NCBI GenBank assembly: GCA_052327205.1
Contig: CM126210.1
Location: 111,042,001-111,106,000, forward strand
DNA from: Somniosus microcephalus
Taxonomy: Eukaryota
Reading direction: 5' to 3'
DNA length: 64,000 nt
Shown: one piece after another, positions 54,997 to 64,000 of the stretch
Layout of the letters: each line of letters begins with the position of its first letter
Numbering within the stretch: the stretch's first letter is position 1
Made by a program: the position numbers and the translations under genes
The notes under the pieces: generated by a model
Seen by the model: the letters and a program-made list of their open reading frames with translations, nothing else
What the model was told of the DNA's origin: nothing
The model's database searches: none

Positions 54997-55182
54997 AAAC
55001 CTGTAGTTGCTGGAAATCAGAATTAAGACCAAAATTGCTGGCAATATACAACAGGTCATTCAGCATCTGTAAAGAGAACAGAAATGGGTTCTGAAGAAAG
55101 TTACACAATTGAAATAATCTTTTTTCTTTTTGCAGATGTGGATTGCTCTGCTGTGCATTTCCAGCAACTTCTCTTTTTATTT
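54997..55182. mobile_element. Old, diverged fold-back family A PLE end
   Basis: Left arm resembles CTGCAGATGCTGGAAAT...CAGCATCTGT; right arm carries CTGAAGA (55091) ... GAAA (55111) and TTTCCAGCA. Confidence 0.55.
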
Positions 55183-58100
55183 ATGTTTATTTAGTGCCTT
55201 TTAATATAATATGTCCCTAATGCTTCACAGACAAAAATGGGCAGCGAGCAGTGATGGGGAAAGATTTAGGAGAGCTAATCGAAGACATGGTCGTCAAAGA
55301 GGTCAATTTGAAGGAAGGGAGGGGCAAGGTGGAGGAATTTATAGGCAGCGTTCTAAAGTTGTGTGATCAAAATGGCTGATTGCTCTGCGGTCAAATTTGG
55401 GGATTGAAAAGGAGGCCACTATTAGAAGGTGAGATTGGTCTGAAGGAGATTGCAGAGGTAGGGACGGGCATGATCATAAAGGGATTTGTAGATGTGGTTG
55501 AGGTTATTGAATTTGACTAGTTGGGGGCATGGGAGCCAATAGCGGTTGGCGAAGGGTGGTTGGGGGCAGGATTTAGTGTGGAATAGGGATGTGGACAAGT
55601 TGTAGTTCTGGACGGGTTGTAGGTTGGAATTCAGGAGGCTGCCAAGGACTGCTTTGAAGTAGCTGAGCCTGGAGGATTTCATTGACAGTGGAGGTGAGAT
55701 GGGGGCGTAGGCGGACGATGTGGAGGTAGAATAGGCAGTCTCGTGGTGGGTAGAATGTGAGGTTTGAACCTCTCGTCAGGGTCGAATGGCAAATCAAAGG
55801 CTGCACAACAGTCGGCTCAGCCTGAACAGGCAACCAGGGAGGGGAATAGAATCAGGTTGAGGTGTAGCGTTTTTGACGGGAGTGAATAAGATGACTTCAA
55901 TTTTGCCAATGTTAAGGTCAAGGTTTTTGCTCATTCACATCTTCATATCTGATGAGCACTCAAAGCACAAAGCTGGTTGCAGAGCCAAGGGTGGTAAAGA
56001 GTTAGAGCTGGGTTTTGTCAGCATACATATGGAAGCTAACGCTGTGCCTACAGATGATACCAAGGGGTAACATGTAGACAAGGAAAAAAAGTACAGAACC
56101 TTGGGCAACTTGAAGTGATTGTGCGGGGTGAGGGGGGTGGGGGAGTCTTTGCAGGAGATGTACTGACTGCATTGAGACAGGCAAGAATAAAACCGAGTGA
56201 GCACTTTGCAATGGAGGTGAATCACAGAAAAGGAACAAAGGTGAAGAATGGAGTGGTTGAACATTTTGAATATCAGAGTGGAAAAAGAGCAATCAGTGAT
56301 AGTATATTACCTTTTCCATTACAAGGAATGTTGTCGGTGACTTTGACTAGCATGGTTTCTGTGGGAACCAGGGTGAAAAAAGACAGAGATTCAAACAGAG
56401 TGGTGGTGGGGTGAGGGGGATGGTGATGCTATATTCAAGAACCTTGGAGTGGTTGGAGGTAGAGTGGTAGCTGAAGAAGGCTGAGGTGGGCTTTTTGAGA
56501 AGGAATGTCTGGCAGTTTTGAAGGGCAGAGGGATGAACTTGGAGAATAAAGAACCATTGATGATAGTGAGCATTGAGCTGAGGAGAGGTGGTTGTGCAGT
56601 AGGGAGTGACACAAGGGTACATTGAGGTCTAATGGAAGAGAGGAATTTCACAGGTAGAGAGGAATTTCACAGGTAGAGAAGAGATTAGGGAGTAGCTGTT
56701 CCCATGGATTGGAGGATAGCGAATGTAACCCCACTATTTAAAAAAGGTGGTAGAGAGAAAACGGGGAGTTATAGACCGGTAAGTCTGACATCGGTGGTGG
56801 GGAAAATGCTAGAGTCCATTATAAAAGATGTAATAGCAGAGCACTTGGAAAACAGTGACAGGATCGGACTAAGTCAACATGGATTTACAAAAGGTAAATC
56901 ATGCTTGACTAATCTACTGGAATTTTTTGAGGATGTAACTGGTAGAATAGATGAGGGAGAACCCGTGGATGTGGTGTATTTGGACTTTCAGAAGGCTTTC
57001 GATAAGGTCCCGCATAAGAGATTAGTGTGCAAAGTTAAAGCACACGGGATTGGGGGTAAGGTACTATCTTGGATAGAGAACTGGTTGGCAGACAGGAAGC
57101 AAAGAGTTGGGATAAACGGGTCTTTTTCTGAGTGGCAGGCAGTGACTAGTGGGGTACCGTAGGGATCGGTGCTAGGACCCCAGCTATTCACAATATATAT
57201 AAATGATCTAGACGAGGGAACTAGATGTAATATCTCCAAGTTTACAGACACAAAGCTGGGTGGGCGTGTGTGCTGTGAGGAGGATGCAGAAAAACTCCAG
57301 TATGATTTGGACAGGTTGGGTGATTGGGCAGATGCATGGCAAATGCAGTAAAATGTGGATAAATGCAAGGTTATACACTTCGGTGGCAAAAACAAGAAGA
57401 CCAGATTATTATCTGAATGGCAATAGATTGGGAAAAGGGCAAGAGCAACGAGACCTGGGTGTCCTTATGCACCAGTCACTGAAGGTAAGCATGCAGGTGC
57501 AGCAGGCGGTTAAGAAGGCAAATGGCGAGAGGATTCGAGTACAGGAGCAAGGATGTCTTGCTGCAGTTGTACAGGGCCTTGTTGAGACCACACCTTGAGT
57601 ATTATGTGTAGTTTTGGTCACCTTATCTGAGGAAGGATGTTCTTGCCATGGAGAGAGTGCAGCGAAGATTCACCAGACTGATACCTGGGATGGTAGGAAT
57701 GACGTACGAGGAAAGATTGGGTCGATTAGGCTTATATTCGCTAGAGTTTAGAAGAATGAGAGGGGATCTCATTGAAACTTATAAAATTCTAACAGGACTA
57801 GACAGACTAGATGCTGGAAGGATGTTCCCGATGGCGGGGGAGTCCAGAACCAGGGGTCACAGTCTAAAGATAAGGGGTAAGCCATTTAGGACTGAGATGA
57901 GGAGGAACTTCTTCACCCAGAGAGTGGTGAACCTGTGGAATTCTCTACCACACAAGGCAGTTGAGGCCAATTCATTAAATATATTCAAGAAGGAGTTAGA
58001 TATATTTCTTAAGGCTAGAGGGATCAAGGGATATGGGGAGAAAACAGGGACAGGGTACTGAATTTGGATGATCAGCCATGATCTCATTAAATGGTGGAAC

Positions 58101-58255
58101 AGGCTCGAGGGGCCGAATGGCCGACTCCTGCTCCTATCTTCTATGTTTCTATGTCTATTACCCTATCATGGGGGCATGCTGGTAAAAATCGGGGTTGGAG
58201 AGAAAGAGGAAACAGAAGCAGTTCCGGAGGTGAAATTGATCCATTCCTTCTCAAC
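55183..58255 (-). mobile_element. Old L2 relic split by a young CR1 (segments ~55183-56697 and ~58156-58255)
   Basis: FHMYADKTQL (YADD motif), YLHIVRLRPHL, KSLYDHARPYLCNLL. Confidence 0.65.
56698..58155 (+). mobile_element. Young 5'-truncated CR1 LINE (ORF2 RT to 3' tail)
   Basis: DWRIANVTPLFKKG, YRPVSLTS, QHGF, YLDFQKAFDKVPH, SGVP*GSVLGP, ERVQRRFTRLIPG; tail GGGCCGAATGGCC...TTCTATGTTTCTATG; few disablements. Confidence 0.93.
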
Positions 58256-58764
58256 TAACTTGAGGATTAGGTTATGCGCTGGTGCAAATATTAAATTACT
58301 GAACATTCAAACAAGGCAGCAATTGGATGACACAATGGGCTGCTTTATCCTTTCGCTTTGGGGAAATGAAAATGATAAAGTACTGAGTGCAATGAGCTCT
58401 TTTTGAGTACTCTCCACCCAGTGTGTTCACAGCACAAAAACTATCAACAATTGGGTAAATTCCATTTAATCTGAAGAAATACTGTGAATATAGCTAATAC
58501 TGTAGTTTCTATATTCATTTTAAATTAAATTTCTTCAGTGAATGAAAGAGGATCAAAAATTCAGTTATACCCATGGTTAAAAACAATTGTAATATATTTA
58601 CCCAGTGCTTTCTTGAATATTACAACTGCCATGTACATAATTTCAATGATATAGTGAGTTAATTCTGCAGTTCACAGTTTTCAGAAGTAAATGTTCTTTT
58701 ACACTGGAATATTAAGTATTGAATAGTAAAACCTGTAAAAGAATTCATAATTTAAGAGTCCTTC

Positions 58765-60290
58765 ATTCAAGCTTCTTTTCTCATTACCAACTGTTTTCTT
58801 AAACCCCTTTCTCCTCCCTCCTCTACCCTCATTTCTTTCTCCTCCCTCCTCTACCCTCATTTCTATCAACAAATGCGAAGAGCTCATGGATTTCCTTGTC
58901 ACCAGGATTGAGACCAGCTGTTCAGCTGCCTCTGTTGCTTCCCTCTTCCCCTTACCCATGAAGCCAAAGTCCTTGAATGTGTTGTTGCTTCCTAAATCAA
59001 TGCTTTCTCGCAACTCCATGGTTGAATCAATCCGCTTTCCACCCCTGCTACAGCACAGAAACTGCCCTAATCAAAGTCACAAGCGGCTCTGTGACTGTGA
59101 CCATGCTACGATTATTCCTCCACAGCCTTTCTGCAGCTTTTGATATGGTTGACCACACCGTTCTCCTCCAATGCCTCTCCTTTGTTCAGTTTAGTGGTTG
59201 GTTCCACTCTAACCTATCTAATTTTAGCCAGAGCGTCTCCAGAAATAGCTCCTCTTCCTATCACTGCACCATTACCTCTTGAGTCCCCAAAAGATCTGTC
59301 CTTGGCCCCCTGCTCTTCCTCATCTACATGCTGCCCCTTGGTGATGATATCTGAAGACATGGGAATCAACTTCCACATGTACACTGACGACATCTGGCTC
59401 TACATTTCCACCACCTTCTTTGACCCCTCCGCTGCCTCTCTGCTGTCAGGCTGCTTGTCCAAATTTTGGACTTGGATGAGATGCAATTTCCTCCAGTTAA
59501 ACATTGGAAAGACCAAAGCCTTCGTCTTCAGCCCCCACCACAAATTTAGTGCTCTTGTTAACCCATTCCATCCCACTTGCTGTCTGAGATTGAACCAGAC
59601 TGTTCTCAACTTCAACATCTTATTTGACCCTGAGCTGAGCTTCCAACCCCATATGTTCTCTGTCACAAAGACCACGGACTTCCTCCGTAACATCGCCCAT
59701 CGTCGCCCTGCCTCAGCCCATCTGCTGCTGAAACCCTCATCCATGCCTTTGTCACCTTCAGACACGACTGTTCCAATGCTTTCCTGGTCAGCCTCCCATC
59801 CTCCATAAACTTGAGTTAATAGAAAATTCTTCTACCCATACCCTATCCCGCTCACCCATCACCCCTGTTCTTGTTCACCTACATTGATTACTGGTCCTCC
59901 AACGTCTCCAATTTAAAATTCTCATCTATGTGTTCAAATCCCTTCATAGTCTTGCCTTTCCTATCTCTCTAACCTCCTCCAGCTTTACAACCATTCCCTC
60001 TACCCAAGAACTCTGTTCGTCCACCTCTGGCCTCTTGTGCATCTCCCCCTTAATTTGCACCGCCATTGGTGGCTGTACTTTCAACTTTCTAGGCTCCACG
60101 CTCTAGAATTGCCACCCTAAACACTTCCACCTCCCTCTCCTCCTAATAGACCTTCCCTCAAACTCACTTCTTTGGCCTCAACTAATATCTTTATTGGCTC
60201 AGTGTCCATGTTTGACTAATTACGCCTCTGTTAAGTACCTTGGGTCGTTTTTCTACTTTAAAGATGCTATATAAATGCAAGTTGTTGTTG
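58765..60290 (+). mobile_element. L2 LINE relic
   Basis: STETALIKV, LSAAFDMVDH, FHMYTDDI, NFLQLNIGKT; tail GCTATATAAATGCAAG(TTG)3. Confidence 0.85.
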
Positions 60291-62156
60291 CTTAGTGGAA
60301 GTGATCTTTTTTGTGTGTGTTTACTGACCGCCCCCCCCACCACCAAAATTGATAGGTTCCACTCCTTCCAGAATGAGATGTGACACACATTCCATGACTA
60401 ACACCTGTAAATGGTTTTTTATAAGTAAATATCTGCAACAAATATAATAAAAACTGGGCCAGTATAAAAATCACACCTACAAATTTTGCACTCTGCACCC
60501 AACTGGCAAAAGTTCATTTGAGTCTCAAGTTTTCAGGCCCTAAAACCATGAACTTGTAGCTTATGCAACAGGTTTGATACTCGTTAATAATTTCCGTCCC
60601 CTTTAAAACTGGACAATTGAATCAGGAAATTTGAAAGTTGAAAACTATATCTGCTTACGTACAATATTAAATTATATTTTGAACAGACCCTGCTGCATGT
60701 TTAGCATTAATGCGGATACTGGCATTCAAGCTCTACAGTGCTTTCATTCAAGTTTATTTTTATTAAATGTCAGATTTTTTTAAATTGTTGTGTCTGAACT
60801 TCTAATTAGCTTACCCCCATCTTGCAATTTTGGAAGCTGGGCTTCTGAGCATTAAATTTTGCCTTAAGTTTCTGCCTTTACTGATTGCTGCTAACAGAAC
60901 AATTGAGGGTGCTTGGTGTTGAGGCTTAGGACAGAAACATTCATATGTTTCAATGCTCCTGCCTTAGCAAATGGTATGAAGTTGGGGGCCAGGTCAGGAG
61001 GTGACTGAAAGCAAGTTTTTTTAGTTAAATAAAAATAACCTCTCCACATGTATTTTTCCACAAATAATTGAAGAGCATTGTTGCTTTACCATGGAGTGTT
61101 CCTGAAAGGGCTTGATTTTAACAGCATGTTGTGGGGGTGTGTTCGCCTCTCTTCTGCCAAGAGTTAACCCATTGCTGATTCCTGACCACAAATATTGTGC
61201 TGTATTCCTGGTTACTGTAGCTGTGTTTTCAACCACTGGTTATTGCTTAGATAACATTAAAAATTAATTCAAAAAAAAATAACCGCAAATGTAACTACAT
61301 ACTGTAAATGTTTAATGTTACTGAATAGAGCTGTGTTTCATAATTTAATTGAAAAATACTTTTAAAAATGTAAGCTTGGAGTAGTAACTGTTTGTTGAAC
61401 TCCAGTTCATTACTGCTGAGTAACATCACCTCATTATAATGAGCTGTAGGCACATTTATGTTGAACTGTGTTTACTCATCCTCTAGTATTTGTAAGAGAG
61501 CAGTGTAGAAACTTTTTAAGACTAGTGTGTAACAGTTGTATGAATGTTGTACACAAATAAACAATGAAGTGGTTTGCTGCATTGCCCCCACAAGCAGCAT
61601 GTGGTGATCTTGTTTTGATGGCACTGTGCATTTTGAGCCATGTGTATTCGTAAACATTTTTTTTGGTGTTTTTTTCCCAGCCATAAAAATGCTGAAGAAT
61701 TCAACCCATTTGTTTTTAGGTATCATTTTATTGTATTGGTTAATGAGGGTTCAGTTTTGTGGTGATTGTTGTCAAGCATTGTAATTTTTTTTTTAATTTC
61801 TGGAAAATCAACTGTGACTTATGATAGGACTCACATTTCCGCTGTGCATAATTAATCAATCTTAGAAAATGTGCAGAGACAACATAACATTTTATGTTTG
61901 CTTTGACGAGTAATAATCATACACTGATCGAGATGCTTTCTGATGAGTAGAACAAACTTTTATATTAGATTATTAATTAAAGTTTTAAATTAAGGCAGTT
62001 TATTTTACACTTCTTGATGTTCTATGGTGTTCACGGACAATTTTTAAACTTTGTTTATAAGTGACGTTGTCTGCCTGTCTCCTGCTGTAAATCTTTCTGT
62101 GTACGTCTCTGTCCTTTGTGTTTGATTCTTCCAATATTTTATTACTATTTTTCTAG

Positions 62157-62858
62157 ATCATAGAATCATACAGCAGAGAAAGAGACCATTTGGCCCATCA
62201 TGTCTGTCCTGGCTCTTTGAAACAGCTATCCAATTAGTCCCATTCCCCTGCTCTTTACCCATAGCCCTGCAAATTTTTCCTTTTCAAGTATATATCTGTC
62301 GTGTATTGATTGCGAGTTTGACACCAGTCAATACGGTAATGTAATGTGCGAGTTTGACACCAGTAAATACGGTAATGTAATGTGCATTGCATTATGGGAA
62401 TTACCCGGGAAAGCTGCAGTCAGCCATTTTAGGAATAAAGTAAGGATCACAGTTAGAAGCCTGTCTGCTTGACTCTGATTTAATTCGACGTATCTACATG
62501 CTTGATTGAACGCATTAAAGCATAGATACAACAATATCCAATTCCTTTTTGAAAATAACTATTGAATCTCCTTCCATCACCCTTTCAGTCATTTCATTCC
62601 AGATCCTAACAACTTGCTGCATAAATAAATTTCTCCTCATCTTCTTGGTTCTTTTACCAATTATCTTAAATCTGTGTCCTCTGGTTACTGACCCTCCTTC
62701 CAGTGGAAACAGTTTCTTATTTACTCTTACCAAAAACCCTCATAATTTTTGAACACCCCTATTAATTCTTCCCTTTACTTTCTCTGCTCTAAGGAGAATA
62801 GTTCCAACTACACTAGTCTCTCCACATAACTGAAGTCCTTCATCCCTGGTATAATTCT
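62157..62858 (-). mobile_element. CR1 3' end interrupted by a solo LTR
   Basis: LFPLEGGSVTRGHRFKI...FKKELD; CR1 tail at ~62160-62210. Confidence 0.8.
62297..62533 (+). mobile_element. Solo LTR (237 bp)
   Basis: TGTCGT...ACAACA termini; 5-bp TSD ATATC (62292-62296, 62534-62538); internal AATAAA at ~62433; 36-bp tandem duplication 62311-62382. Confidence 0.8.
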
Positions 62859-62879
62859 GTTTTTTTTTAATGTTATCCT

Positions 62880-63950
62880 TTCAGTATAGCTTTCCCTTGT
62901 TCCAGAACTTGCTCTAATGCCCCAGGAATGTGAACCCTTCACTCCTGCACCAACACATTGACCTGCCTCATCTTTCTCTCTTTTAACTGTCCAGTATGTA
63001 GCACAGGGAGCAACTGGAGATTATTACCTTTGGGATCTTTTTCAATCTAGCGCCTAAATGCTTAAGCTCCCTCAAACATATGTCTGTCTATGTCATTGGT
63101 TCTGTTCTCCCTCCCTTGCTTGTTCTGTAATGTCCTTCACCCTGCTACCAGAGAGGCAACATACAATTCAGGATTCCTTGTCTTGACTCCAGAAAAGGTT
63201 GACTATTTCCCTGACAAGAGAATCTCCTACCACTGCTACTCTCCTAATCTTGTATTCAACCTGCCTCTCCCCCCTGGTTTCTCCCACTCTTTGTATGGCT
63301 CATGCAATTTCTTTCCCTAAGTTTGCCCCACTCTTTCTTTCAGTAGATTTGTTGTTATCTCTCTTTCCTCTGACCTCCCAGTCTGGGGCCTGTGATTGGG
63401 AGCGAGTGAAGGGCTAAGACCTGGAGTAGAATACATGTCTATCCCAGGCTGTTGTTTTGGAGCTAGAGCTGTGGCCCTGAATGGCAGTGGTGCTTCCAGG
63501 AGCTGCTGCAACACAAAGAGGGAGACTAGGAGGGAGCAGTGCATCATGGCATAGACTGGAAGCGATTCGGGCCTGAGGCAAGGACATGAGCTTGTAGGGA
63601 ACTATTGGCTACTGGCTGAGATGAACGTGTTGCTTGTCTGCCTCTGCCTGCATATAATATGCCTGTATGCACTTCCTGTCAACTTTTTTCCATTATAAAT
63701 TCCTCTGTCCACATTTGGAATGGAAACTGCTATGTAGAAGGTGTCATGGTATAGTTACACCCTCCTCTCTCCGCCTCCACCACCCCCTTCAGTGGAGGTG
63801 CAATAAGCGATAACCAATTCAAAAACAGAAAAACATAGACTTAACCAATGAGAAAACAAAGTCACTTAAATGAGGAAGAGTAAAATTGATGGACATTCAC
63901 TAAAAGCACTACAGTCATGGTGTACGCTAATATACATACCTTATCTTGAT
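62880..63950 (-). mobile_element. Probable decayed CR1 ORF1/5' region
   Basis: General resemblance to CR1 upstream regions next to a CR1 3' end; no intact motif read. Confidence 0.3.
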
Positions 63951-64000
63951 GGTGTGATGACCCAATAAGACCTGTCATTTACAAATGGACAGATGCTGTA

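Overview
Eukaryotic, repeat-dominated vertebrate genomic DNA, most likely intronic or intergenic. The repeat mix (Deu-domain SINE, abundant CR1 and L2, Penelope-like elements) points to a cartilaginous fish; this is inference. I recognise no intact host protein-coding gene: every ORF with a recognisable product is a transposon fragment. Elements seen: CR1, L2 and RTE LINE relics; a Buster/Charlie hAT transposase relic; five CAGGAAAC...GTTTCCTG MITEs; a 1-kb CpG-rich non-autonomous Helitron carrying an apparent promoter, first exon and splice donor; a 237-bp solo LTR; and seven Penelope-like element (PLE) insertions with minimal hammerhead ribozyme motifs. The most striking structure is a PLE-derived insertion at 42752-43498. 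It is a perfect 335-bp-arm palindrome with an intact hammerhead motif on each strand, and it combines the 3' ends of two different PLE families. Across the PLE copies a repeated design emerges: 12-15 bp target duplications, two alternative 3' ends ~33-37 nt apart, and fold-back arms apparently copied from the same molecule. A repeat-poor block at ~33.3-40.5 kb may contain a host terminal exon. All alignments and counts were done by eye.
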